Positions 24,617-37,225 of a stretch of DNA of 64,000 nt are shown piece by piece. Origin of the DNA: Nemertoderma westbladi (lineage: Eukaryota > Animalia > Xenacoelomorpha); the NCBI GenBank assembly GCA_032718475.1, contig JAUCBJ010007554.1, positions 62,622 to 126,621 on the forward strand. The letters run 5' to 3'. Numbering within the stretch: position 1 is the stretch's first letter; the number at the start of each line of letters is the position of its first letter. A program made the translations under genes and the position numbers. The notes below the pieces were generated by a model. It did no database searches. It worked only from the letters and a program-made list of their open reading frames with translations, and was not told where the DNA came from.

Positions 24617-26681
24617 AAAGGTAATGCTAGCCAAACCTAGAGAAGAAACTGTCGATACACAAGCAGACCCATCGCCAAAGTATGTTGATGACACTAACCT
24701 ACTTACTTCTGGCACAAATCCTGCAGAAATAGCTAAGTCATTAGCAAATAAGCTATCGAAAGTGTCAACATGGGCAATAAACAACCGTTTAAGCATACAC
24801 CCAGAAAAGTTCGAGGTTATGCTTTTTGGAACTCATCAGCGACTTTCAGATGTTGACAACTTTAATGTAATCTACCAAGGTAAAAGTCTCCCAGCAGGAA
24901 AAACTGTTAACTTCCTTGGATGTCCTCTTGATCCATCACTGTCAGGTGAAATGGCTGCTCGTAAGGCTATTCGTAAAGGAAATGCAACACTCCGCTTCCT
25001 CTATCGGAACTCAGCATCTATCCCTCAATCGCTCCGGCGGCCTCTTGTCAATACTTTGATTCAACCTCACCTTGACTTTGCTTCCCCTTGCTGGTACATA
25101 AGTGCCCCATCGCAACTAAAAAGGCAGGCAGATGCGTTATTGCGGAAATGCATACGGTATTGTCTGTCTCGTCGACCTCGTAGCCACATCGGTATAGAGG
25201 ATCTAGTTGAAATAAACTGGTTACCAATACGGGAACGTGTTCAGCAAATAATACTAACACATATGTTCCGTATTCGTAACCACCAATCCCCAGCCTACCT
25301 GCAGGACTTGGTTACCTTCTCGGACAGCTCTGCTCGTTTACGTAGTGGGGTTTCTCAGGCTGTTGTCCCCTTCCACCGCACAACAGTTGGTTGTGAATCT
25401 TTCGCTCATCAGGGACCAGTTCTGTGGAATGCGTTGCCATCGGACATAAAAAACGCCCCAACAATTGAGACCTTTAAACACAAAGTTAAATCATACTTGC
25501 TTAACAAACTGATCGAGGAGGAAAAAAATGCCTAAAGGTTATGACATAAACTCTTATGCTTTAAGATTGTTTTTAAGATAATACCTATTTCATGTATATA
25601 CAGTACGTTTTTATTTTATTTTATGTTTTTATTTTATTTATGTTCTTATTTTATTTTACGAGGATGGGATAACCGAAGGGAGGAAAACTCCTTGCTAAAA
25701 GTTATGAGTGAAACTCCTATGCCCAGAATATTTTAACTTAATGGATATTAATTAGTCATGGTTATTAGTAATATTTATATTTATTCGCCTAATTGTGTTT
25801 TATATTATTTAGTTCTTCCTAAATTATTGCAATTCGACTTAAAATTTGCAATAATGTACATATGTAACATACTACAATACTATATGTATCAACTTCATAG
25901 AACCATTATCGATTTTAATATTTCCTGATATAGTGAGGACCCTCATGAAAACGAGACATAGTCTCATGGGGTTATCCTCGACGGCAAATCACTGCTCAAT
26001 TCTGTAATTAAGTCTTAGTATATATAATATATGCATTGTGTATTTATAATTTCTAACTTAACGCGGTAAACTTATCATAAATAACTACAGTACATAATAT
26101 TTTTAGTAAGACAATTGAAATAAATACAGTTCATAAAATATAGATTTTATTGGTGTCGAACGTTTTTATAATTATTCTGTTGTTGTTTCTTTTATTTATA
26201 CCTTGCACCTCGTATCCACTGTCTTCGTATGGTCCTAAATTCCTTATCATAATTACAATAATTTTTAGTAAAATTACAATAATTTTTAGTAAAATTTCAA
26301 TAATTTTTATAGTTGCTGCACTTACACCTTTCATCTCGTATCGGTCCGTATCTCGTGTTGTTGGCCCAAAATCCTGAAATAGAAATGTCTTACCATATTT
26401 ATGTTGTAAATGGTGTTTAAAATTTATTGAAGGTCATTTTATTTAGGCATGATTTAAACGGACAATAAAAATTATTGCGTTTTATTTATCTATGTTTCTT
26501 TTGTACTGTTTTCCGTTAAAATACATTTTCTAGGACATGTTGAATACCATACTGTACATTGGTTTGTTGCCTTTACCTTTTCCTTACCTGCTTACACTTC
26601 ATATGTTATATTTTAATGCTATCTTTAGTGCTTGTTTTTTAACTGATTTAATGTCAAATAAAAAATTCCAATTCCAATTCC
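24617..26681 (+). mobile_element. Second 5'-truncated LINE (L2/Crack-like) inserted in the CR1 element
   Basis: YVDDT, WAINNRLSIHPEKFEVMLFGT, LIQPHLDFASPCW, SFAHQGPVLWNALPSDIK...FKHKVK; long AT-rich 3' UTR ending aataaa-(attcca)3, after which the host LINE resumes. Confidence 0.82.
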
Positions 26682-27058
26682 AGCGGCGCACAAATGCTCG
26701 GTTGTTTACGTAGGTGGAAATAATAATAAATTTGTTTATAATTTAAATGGTGCAGTGCTTAAATCAGATACATACTGTAAGGATCTAGGTTTAATCGTGT
26801 GTACGGACCTAAAATTTGATAAATACTGTAGGGAACAAGTTGCAAAAGCGTACAAAATACTGAACTGGATATTTCGTAGTGTACTGACAGCTAATATTAA
26901 AGCCATGCTAACGCTAACAGCATACAAGACTCTGGTACGACCGTTGCTGGAATATTGCACACCCATATGGTCCCCTTTCACAAAAAAAGTATTGACCTTG
27001 TTGAGAAAGTACAACGGTACTTTACCAGACGATTGTACGCTCGCTGCAAACTACCGTA

Positions 27059-28054
27059 TAGTCGCGTCAATCTAGCAAAAAACCCATAAGTATTTCGCAA
27101 TCAATCCGAACCACATATTTTGGATTCTATATTACCTTATTAATGACCAAAAAAAGTCTACAAAATTTTATTTTGCGGATCATATGTTTATTCATGGAAA
27201 TTCTACCTAAATTTGCATAACACAAGCCAAACAAAAGGAACAGTAGGGAAAAGTAAGTAACAAATTGGTGATGTTCCAGAATAATTTAATTAATTTCACA
27301 ATAAGCTGTGATTCAATGGGAAATTAGTAATATTTACACTGGCGTGTTACACATTAATTGTTATATCTCGGAAACTAGAAGTCGCATCAAATTTTTAAAT
27401 ATATCAAAAACTTCACGATATATTGAGCTAACTGTTGTAAAAAAAATTATACAATTCCACTGCAAGGAAATTTCATAATTTCCATTAATGTTAGTGAAGA
27501 TTTTTCACATAATTAAATTATGATTGCTCTATTGATTTTAGGTGTAATTTATTTATTTGTTTTAGTTTGAAAGACACAATAGTTTATCATATAACAAATA
27601 CATTTTTTGGGGATAAGGGTTTTTGAGGTCGATAAATCCGATGGGCGAGGTTACATCCACCCGTTTAGTAGAGAAGTTGTGTAAATAAGCTCCCTGTATT
27701 GTACCAGCAAAATTGGTATTAAAAATGGTTAAATTATTACACAAATTTCCGTTGCTCTGGAAACTAAATTGGTAACTATATAGAAGTGCATACTTCTGTC
27801 AATCGATAGTCATTAGAGTAAAGTTTGTCTGTACCAAATTTGGAGAAAATCCCACCAATAGACCCCTTGTTGCTATGTAAAATCCATGTTGCTAAGGAAA
27901 GAAACAGGAAATTGAAGGTGATCCGCATAATATATTTTTATAGACTTTTTTGGGGGTATTAACAAGGCAATGTAGAATAAAAAAAAATTGGTTTGGATGA
28001 ATTGCGAATTTGTTATGGGTTGACCCCCTTTTTCGGCTAGATTGACTCGCCTAG
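27059..28054. mobile_element. Non-autonomous TIR element (MITE) with TA target duplication, Tc1/mariner-like, inserted in the CR1 element
   Basis: Left tagtcgcgtcaatctagc...cccataa..ttcgcaat; right attgcgaa..ttatggg...gctagattgactcgcctag; removal restores the LPYVSYLNRIQYL reading frame. Confidence 0.85.
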
Positions 28055-28760
28055 TATGTCAGTTACCTCAATCGCATACAGTATCTATCTGTGCAACCGT
28101 TAGAGGTGCGTAGAATTATTTTCGACCTCAAAATGTTGTATCGTATAAAGCATGGTTTAGTAGATATAGATTTCAATAAGATGTTCACAAGTGCCCCAAG
28201 AGCTGGTCTACGTGGTCATAATCATAAACTGTATGTTCCCCAATGTAGACTTCAAATCTGTAAGCATTCATTTTCTCACCGTATTGTGCCCGTATGGAAC
28301 TCATTACCAGCACAAGCTGTTGATGCCAAAAGTATAAATATTTTCTCCGTGCAATTATTAAAAACGGACTTACTTACCCACGCAAAATTCACTCGTTGAT
28401 TCCAGATTTTTTTTTACTCTTTTTTATTTTTATTTCATTTTCGATCATCACCATCTTTTATATTAATCACTATGTATACAATTATTCACACCCATAAGTG
28501 CCCTGAGCCTGGGTGGTTCTCTCCCACGACCACTTGTTTTAGCTACCAACAACTACAGTACATTACTTTTTACATGTCCGTGTTTTATTTTTATTCGTTT
28601 TGCTGTTTACCTTATGTACAAGTTACTTAACTACTGTAATGTTGTATTTGTTTGACCAATTGTCTTATTCGTGTATTATGTATTGTACTGTGTTATGTTC
28701 TGTTTTTAACTACTTGATCCCTCCTGTAAATAAATAAATAAAAAATAAATAAATTAATCT

Positions 28761-30412
28761 GTACTGCAAAATAGTGCTCTATATACTGATATACTAATAC
28801 CGGTACTGATAGCCTGAGAGAACAGCAGTAGAGAAACCGGTAGCATGGAACCTAACCTGAGAGAACAGCAGTAGAGAAACCGGTAGCATGGAACCTAACC
28901 GCAATAATTTTTCTTGTCCGTTTAAATCCTTTTTTGTCCTTTTTTTTTACTTTTTATGTCCTCCAGAAATCTACCGTTGGCTTCGTTGCTACCGGTTTCT
29001 CTACTGCTGTTCTCTTAGACTATAAGCTGATAAGTACCGGTATTAGTATATATAACAAGTCCCTAAAAGGTGCCACCCTGCTCCATAGCGCGGGAAATTT
29101 AAATGATTGAAAGACATGTAATTTGTACTGGAAAGGGTGGCAGATCAGATCTACTACCTGTGGCGGTAAATTCAAATCTGTTTTAACATTGAATACATGA
29201 ATATAGTAAGACTTAAATATAATTCATTGAATAATAATAAATTATTTCTTATCTTTGTTGTTGTTTTATCTATTCTGGGACTTCGAGCAGCACGTGAACA
29301 ACTAAGCTGACTGGTTAACTAGTCTGGTACTTCGAGCAGCACGTGAACAACTAAACCTGACGTTAACTATAGCAGTATAGTCAGGGGCATAGAGCAGCAC
29401 GTGAACAACTAAACCAGCACGTTAACTAGTTTGGGGATTCGAGCAGCACGTGAACAACTAAGCTGACTGGTTTAACTAGTCAGCTAGTCTCTGGGACTCC
29501 GAGCAAAATTGCAAATTGAGGAGGGGGGGGGGGGGGGGGGGGGGGGGTCGGGGGATTTGGCTTAATTTCTATTAGTAAAATGTAAAGAACATTTATTATT
29601 TGCTTGTATCAGTTATACTTACATCAGAACATTATAATTATAACAATAGCAGGGAACTGATAGTAAAATATATCGCAGGTAGGCCTACTGTAATAACAAT
29701 AGGTGTATAATGCTTCTGCCTATACTGCTATATCTGTCCCAGACATGTACCAGACTAGTTAACCAGTCAGCAGGTCAGCTTAGTTGTTTAGGTGCTGCTC
29801 GAAGTCCCAGACTTTTTAACCAGGCAGCTTAGTTGTACACGTGCTGCTCGAAATACCAGATTAGTTAACCAGTTAGCGTAGTTTTTCACGTGCTGCTCGA
29901 AACCCCAGACTAGTTAACATGCTCGTTTAGTTTAGTTGTTCACATGTTGCTCATCGAAGCCCCACAGCCCCAGACTAGTTAACGTGCTCGTTCAGATGTT
30001 CACGTGCTGCTCGAAGTCCCAGACTAGGTAACCAGCCAGTTTAGTTGTTCACGTCACACGTGGTGCTCGAAGCCCCATACTACCGGTAGTTAGCGTGCTG
30101 GTTTAATTGTTCACGTGCGGCTCGAAGTCCCAGTATAGATAAATCAACAACATTAACGGATGAGTGAGTTAAACCGATAATAAATAATTTATTCTGATTT
30201 AATGAATTACATTGGCAGATTGGTCTTACTCTATTCATGTATTCAATGTTAAAACAGATTTGAATTTACCGCCAATATATAGGTGGCAGATCTGATCTGC
30301 CACCCTTTCCAGTACAAATAACATGTCTTTCAATCATTTGAATTTCCCGCGCTATGGAGCAGGGTGGCACCTTTTAGGGACTTGTGTATATATAGAGCAC
30401 TATTTTGCAGTA
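28761..30412. mobile_element. Small foldback MITE (~320 bp) interrupted by a second element
   Basis: Left tactgcaaaatagtgctctatata...aataccggtact...agaacagcagtagagaaaccggtagca is mirrored by 28988-29054 plus 30386-30412; contains a 43-bp tandem duplication. Confidence 0.8.
29055..30385. mobile_element. Nested non-coding foldback element with >200-bp TIRs and subterminal repeats
   Basis: acaagtccctaaaaggtgccaccctgctccatagcgcggg... mirrored at 30385; internal cgagcagcacgtgaacaactaa repeats run forward on the left and inverted on the right. Confidence 0.88.
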
Positions 30413-30624
30413 TTGCATTGTATGTATGGGTATAAAGCATATGCCTTAGAAATAATTATACTTTCTGACTGTATTATCATGGCCTACTATATATACGGCC
30501 TAACAAGCTACTGCGGCCTCTTAAAAAAAAGAGGCCATTCATTTCAACAGTACAGTACAGTACAGTGTACAGCAGTGGCCTATTGAGGTGGCAGTCTGTA
30601 CTGCAGTTTGCAGTTGGCTTACAC

Positions 30625-33313
30625 CAAGGACTACTATACTACAGGACTGGCACACTGCCTGATCCGACTTCGTAGCGAAGTCCATTAATTTCATACTGCT
30701 GTAACTGTGTAAGCTGTACTACCTGAATAGCCTACTACTGTACTACCGTAGAATGATTAGTTATAGCTGTATTATAGTCCTAGGCTACCGCTACCTTTGG
30801 TATATGGGAATAGTACAGTTAGAAAGTCAGATAGTCTAGTTACAGTACATTCAACTGGACGGCTGTATGGCCCTACCCTGGTACAGTGGTAGCCCGTACT
30901 CGTATGATGCTACCGGTACGGTACCGCGACCGTTCCGGTACAGGTAGGCCTAGGTGGTACCATTTGGTAGTAATTAAATCAATTAGGCCTACTATAGGTA
31001 GGTATTTAAGGTGCCGTATTACAACATTAGGCTAAACTACCAACAGAACAAGTTACTTATTATTATTATGCCTAATTATTGTTGCGTATTTGGCTGCGAC
31101 GGCAATTACGCAGGAAATCCCGTTCGTGTAGTGAAACTTCCTCCTGTCGATGCCGAACGAGATCAGTGGATCGCCGCGCTACCACGATCACTGACGATGC
31201 AGTGCAGATGACGGCTCTCTGTTTAAGTATGGAAGCACTGCCGTCATTTGTATTCAACAGTGGCCAGAGTTTTCCAAGGGAATTCCGCACACGAAAGTCC
31301 CTGGCGGATCCTTGCGACCAACAATATTCCGTTATACTTCCCTGGACTTCCCTTATCGTGAGTTCCGCCGCGACCCCCCACTCCACGAGACATCCCTCCC
31401 ATTGAGGAACGCCAACTTCAGTTACTCAATGAGTGCATGGAGTGAGATTTAATTGGGGGCTTGTTGCAGCTGACTGAACCTGCCTGCCTGTTGTTTCTAC
31501 GTAGCTAAAGGGAATTGCAGGATACGGTCGCGTACTGACATTTTTGTGAAACTATCGCAATTCCAAGTATTGCTCTTCTTTTTCCATAACGAAGTATACA
31601 GTATATTGGACAGGTTTCACTTTCATCAAAGAGTCAACTTTCCTCGGACATGTTTGTATCAGCCGATCGGCGGTTGATCAGCTGGGTTGCAGCTTGGGGT
31701 TTTCGCATTGCCTCGCTCGTAATAGCCAACTAATACGTTGGTCTCAGTTGGAAGAAGTCATTGCAGTCGTGAAACGTAATGTTGGTACTACGACATCGCT
31801 ACTTACGAAAGCTAAGGAGTACGTTAATGCCGCGATTGATCTTGAGTCATCCAAATATAAGTCTCAGCTTGAGTTTATACTTTAGACTTTGTTCTATTAG
31901 ACGATATCCCATCCACTTTGAAAGCACCTGAACATCCGAAAGTATGTCCTAATAACAACGGAAATGCTGAGAAAAATTGAACAGATAGTGGATATTGAAG
32001 TCAGTTATGATGAGTTTCAGGCAGCTGGATACGTCGCAGGATTCCTGGTAAAGGTAATCCCAGAGTTAGACATCACAGGTGATATTTAAGAGGAGGATAA
32101 TATATTTACCCAAGCCCTAACTCGTGGTGGATTACAACTTACTCCGCATCACCTGGTATGGTGGACCAGGACCATGGCGTCTGCTGCATGGGTGGATGCT
32201 GTACATGATGGAACTATACCTATACAGCTATACGGTACTACAAATAACTAACTCAAGTAATACACATTATTGCGGTCTATTACGGTATATCCCAACTGCC
32301 ACCAATAGCTGCTTGCTGTACCCTAGCAAACACCCTTCTTAATGGAGTACAAAAGCGATCTATGGAAAGGCAGAAACGGCGCGACTCACATTCTGGTGAT
32401 AAGGCAGCACAAACTAAATTCCTCCGAATAACGGGAAGGGGACAAAATAAGGGGGGGGAAACTGGACGCAATAAAAATTCATCCCTCTCCAGGGGAAATT
32501 CGACGCAAATAACAGCTGATTACTCTCAAAAATAAAACTGTAACCTGTTATATTATGTTTAGTTTATTGTTTTGTTTAAAATAACGTGCCACTGTAACCT
32601 GCTCCTTTCCCTAAATTGAGAATTTAACATTGAGGCGGGATATTGATTCGCCTAGTTTCCCCAGGGGTGGAGAATATTGGGTCGGCAATCGTAATAAATA
32701 ATAAAGTAATAACATAAAGTACCTACTAGTAATATAAAGTAATAACCTAATAATAATATAAAGTACCTAATAATAATATAAAGTACCTAATAATAATAGC
32801 CCTATAAAGTAATAATATCAGGGTGGCGGTTGGGAGTGGGGGAGGGAGGGGGGGGGGGGGGGGGGGGTGGTGGTGGGAACCTGGCTTGAGAACTGCTAGG
32901 ATAGTAAATGACCAGAGATAAAGAATATATAGAGAGGTCCATGTATGTATATTGTATAGACAATTTACCGCTAGTTGAATCCGTTATCATCTGTGTCATG
33001 ACATTACCCTGGGATAGGGATGCTGTTCGTATCGTTTTTATGTCGCACAATGTACTAAACACGGTCGTTCAAGACTATAAAGAATAGTTGGTACACTACA
33101 CTCGTCTCCTTTGTTACAAGCCTCGCTGTGCTCGTCCTTTATTTCTTGACACCAAAATATATTATGTTATTAATAATTACGATTGTGTACTAAATTTCAT
33201 GAAAATCCTTTGATAACAATGTCTATAACAATATAAAGCAATACCAAACCAATGGACTTCGCTAGCGAAGTCGGATGAAGGGGTGTGCCAGTCCTGTAGT
33301 ATAGTAGTCCTTG
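30625..33313 (+). mobile_element. Nested, internally deleted P element with perfect 8-bp TSD gcttacac
   Basis: TIR CAAGGACTACTATACTACAGGACTGGCACAC...; TSD at 30617-30624 and 33314-33321; decayed THAP start MPNYCCVFGC (31068) and C-terminal remnants YVAGFLVK and LTRGGL (~32030-32135). Confidence 0.92.
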
Positions 33314-33669
33314 GCTTACACTGATCTGTTCGTACATAACACAGTCTGACAGTACAGTCGTGATACTGTGGTAGGCTGGTAGGTATACCTGTATACAGGT
33401 ATGGTATATAGATAGCTGGGTAGATTGTTACTGTGTTATAGGCCTACTACTGCAGCTGCTACGCTACAGTGCTATGCCTTGTCGGACTGCCGGGCCGGAT
33501 GCATATGCTTAATGCTGAACTATGAACTAGTATCGTTACTGTACGCGTACGGCAACCGTAATGTACCCATAAACCTTTTGAGTGTGTTCTAAATGCTGAA
33601 CTGGGCCTATCTGCCTATAGGTAAGACTGTCTTGTATCAGTTATACTGTTATATATCAGATATCAGGAT

Positions 33670-36338
33670 ATGGTGAATAAATGTTGCGTCGTTAATTGCA
33701 AGAGTGGATATAGTGGGCATACCGACAAAACGAAATTCAAGTTCCCTGCAGAAAAGAAACCTGAACTTCGGAAGACCTGGGTTCGGTTTATAAATCGTAA
33801 GGATTTTGAACCATCTGAATATTCGAGAGTCTGTATAGACCACTTTGAGGAACGTTATTTAAAGACTACGGAAGCTGGCCATGTCACGCTCCGCTGGGAT
33901 CTGTTTCCAATTCCGACCATCGCTGCCCAGGGTACACCTAAATCAGCTATTCCCGAACCTAGGAGTATACGACGGGAACCAACTCAGCGCATTTATCAGA
34001 ATGATGAAATGGAGGAATTTCGCAAACTGGATACAATTTCCTCGATCACAGAGATTTCAGCTAAACATTGCCCTAGCGGTTGGTTGTTTCGTAAAACCGA
34101 AGAAGATGTTTTATTTTATCACCTTTCACTAGAGGAAAGAATGCCGAGATTGAAGGGAGCAATCAGGATAGACAAGAATATGCATGTTTTATTGGAGTTA
34201 ATGCAGCGCCGAGTTAATCCAATCACTGCATAGTAAAAAGCGCGTCACAAATAGATGGTTTTGTTACTTATCTTAAGAATCTAGAGAACTGTGATTCATC
34301 GATTTTCGAGGAGTTGCTTCATTATCAGCATTATCCGAAACAGTCGAGGCCCCCGTACTCGCAATCAGTTATTCGGTACGCATTGATGTTACGATATACG
34401 TCACTTCAATCCTATAGACTACTGCAGAGAGAAATACAACTACCATCATTAAGTTTGTTGGCAAAGCTTCAGGTTGGTGGAATTGATTCAGTCAAAGCAT
34501 TGAAAGTATTGGTGGATAAGAACGGTGATAGGGACATTATACTTACGATTGACGAAATGAAGTTGCAACCTGAGGCTAGTTACAATCATGGCGATTTCGT
34601 TGGTGTTAATGACGAAGGTACCTTATACACTGGGATTTTATGTTTCATGGTTGTGAGTCTAAAGAGGGGCATACAGTATGTTGTTCGTGGCGTCCCAGTA
34701 GTTAATTTAATAGCTTCTTCTCTCTTAAAGGAAACTTTATCTGTGATGAATGATATATTCCAGATCGTTAAAGTTCGCGCTATAGGGGTGGATAATTGCC
34801 CTGTGAATGTATCTATGTTTAGTCTACTATACAAACTGTGCTTACCATTGAATGTCTCTGGCGAATTCAGTAAACGGGTTTCATCGTACAATGGTCGATC
34901 AGTGCAGAATACTCGATTACGACTTATTAAGAAGTACAAGAATACCGTTACAAAGAATAAGCAGAAAATTGATACGAAACTTAACCGCGTGATTTACTAT
35001 CGGGGATCATAGATTTATCTTTTATATGATCCAGTTCACATTATTAAAAATATTCGCAATAGTTTATTGAATGGAAAGATATTTAAATTTCCAGAATTCA
35101 CATTTACTGGGTTCAAAGATAGAGTTCACCTACCTGCAGGTGAGTGTAGGTGGAAAGACCTATTAGACTTGTATGATGTTGATCAACATGATGCTTATCT
35201 CCGGATGGCACATAGTCTAACATATCAGGTTCTTCATCCCGGTAATAATAAACAGTCTGTTTCACTGGCCTTGGGAATCTTCGACGAAAAGACAACGGCG
35301 GCAATGGCAAGATATTTCCCCAATCGAAAAGGGGCTACTGAATTTTTGCGACTCATTCATAAGTGGTGGGTGATTAATAATTCGAACCAGCGATATCACC
35401 CAAATAATATATTGGGGAACGCCGCTATAATGGGCGACTTCAAACCACAGTTTCTCCATGATTTGGCTGCATGGATCGATAAATGGCGATTACAATGTGT
35501 AAAGTGGAAGGGTTGTGGGTTGACACCTCAAACCAGTAAAGCATTCGCACAATCTTGCCGGAGCGTTGCCGACTTGACTGATGACCTCCTAAATGATGGA
35601 TATGATTATGTTCTACTTCGAAGAAACAATCAAGACCCAGTCGAGTTAAGGTTCTCCAAATATCGGCAAATGAGTGGTGGACGATTTCTCGTCTCACTCA
35701 GGGAAGTGAAGACTTCCGAACGTATTATTTCACTGTTGACATTATTAGAGGAAGGTATAGATCCCATCAACCAAATTCTCCAGGCGGAACCCATTGACTG
35801 GTCTCCTTTAATTGTGACATTTAATGAGTATAGAGATACTATTGCCTCAGCTGAGCTTTCTAAGGAAAGTATGGAGGTAGTTCAGTATATTGCAGGATTC
35901 ATTATTCGTAAACTGGAACATAAGAAAGGTGGAAAACTCATTTGTAGCTGTAAGGATTGTACAAATATCCACTCTGTAATTGATAAAAATACATCAGATT
36001 GTAGTGGTTATTTCGAGGCTATTAATCGAGGCGGATTAAAGAAACCATCTACTGAGTTTTTAGAATCAATTGCGTCGTGTTTTGCAAGATTGGAAGTAAT
36101 AGATTCAGTAATAAAAGATTGCGCTGTCCCCGTCCGTGCAGCTGCAATGCGCTTCTTAGATATATATGGCATATTGACTATGCTATCTTTATGTTCTAAA
36201 CATAAACAATTATCGAGGTTGATTCACCGCACTATTATAAACGTGTACTTTAATAATGCTCAGAGACATTTTACAAGCATACGGCGTGAGCAAAGTGTAG
36301 CCCGATTTAAACAGTGGCAGAGGCAAAAAAATGTGTGA
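33670..36338 (+). pseudogene. THAP9/P-type transposase with one frameshift (~34200-34235) and one premature TAG (35010-35012)
   Basis: THAP zinc finger MVNKCCVVNC...FKFP...W...RVCIDHF...IPTI; catalytic IDEMKL, GVDN, YDPVHIIKNIRN (D-x2-H, in frame after the TAG), QDPVELRFSKYRQMSGG; C-terminal YIAGFI and NRGGLKKPS. Confidence 0.92.
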
Positions 36339-37225
36339 TAATTTTAGATTGTGCTGAACTGTGTAATGTGCTATAATAATTATTATTGACCAAATAAATA
36401 ATTAACACGTAATACAAGTAATAATTAGCAACATTTATTTATTGAAACCGGTGTTTCAAATTCAAAAATACCCACACATAAAACGAATCTCTATACATAC
36501 ACCGACTTATAAGAGTTTGAAAAAATCACGTAATAGCCATCAAGCGGTGGTCCATGGAACTGGTGTGTCCATATTTATGTCTGTCTTTACAGGTGTTGTC
36601 CTATTCTACTTAAACTCCATATTTTTCACGACAAGGCTTAACACTAATATGTAGTGCTTTTATGCTAAGATTGCTGTCTTTGTGGCTCGCTCCACAATCA
36701 CTGATACTCATAACAGTACTTGTATGCTCAGATTGCCACCTGCATGGCTCGCACCACATCGCGGGATATGAATAATATTGTTACTGTATTCAAATAAGGA
36801 CAATAATTAATAATGCTGCGAATGTAAATAATGGCCTCTTTTTTTTAAGAGGCCGCAGTAGCTTGTTAGGCCGTATATATAGTAGGCCATGGTACAACTG
36901 TACAAGTATTGTGACTTATACATAGAATGAATCATATGCCCGCCTGGCCTAATGCAAGACTGGCGTCCAATAGAAATGTTGCAAATGGCACCTTTTTAAA
37001 TATATTTTTGGTGGGTTGTTTAAATAATACTTTCCTAATGTTATTTGTAGGTATCGTTGCACAAATTTTAGGTATATTATACAGTAGATTTTAGATTTCT
37101 TACGACAATATGACTGACCATAATATATTATAAAATATCAAAATTTTCTTGGTGCGTACCTAAAGATAACTAAGCTAATCTAATGCCTTTCGATAAGAAT
37201 ATTACAATGGCGTGTACTCTCGCCA

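Larger units (their letters stand above)
24147..28755 (+). mobile_element. 5'-truncated CR1-clade LINE in three pieces (24147-24616, 26682-27058, 28055-28755)
   Basis: RT motifs DIIYIDFAKAFDSV, QGSVLGPVLFLLFINDL, FADDLK; continues as AHKC...KDLG...YKTLVRPLLEYC..IWSP...EKVQRYFTRRL and then LRGHNHKL...FSHRIVPVWNSLP; (taaa)n tail at ~28727-28755; frameshift at the A-run near 26985. Confidence 0.9.
30478..36891 (+). mobile_element. P-element superfamily transposon (outer element, ~61-bp TIRs)
   Basis: CATGGCCTACTATATATACGGCCTAACAAGCTACTGCGGCCTCTTAAAAAAAAGAGGCCAT at 30478-30538 and its reverse complement at 36831-36891; encloses a THAP-P transposase; no matching TSD. Confidence 0.92.

Noticed and set aside
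30421-30470. KAYALEIIILSD resembling the pre-TM2 segment of ENaC channels
   Set aside because: No suitable splice donor or upstream similarity; likely chance.
33670-36338. Domesticated host THAP9 gene, or stop-codon readthrough/alternative genetic code
   Set aside because: Enclosed by TIRs and also frameshifted; HSP90B1 and INTS4 read normally with the standard code.
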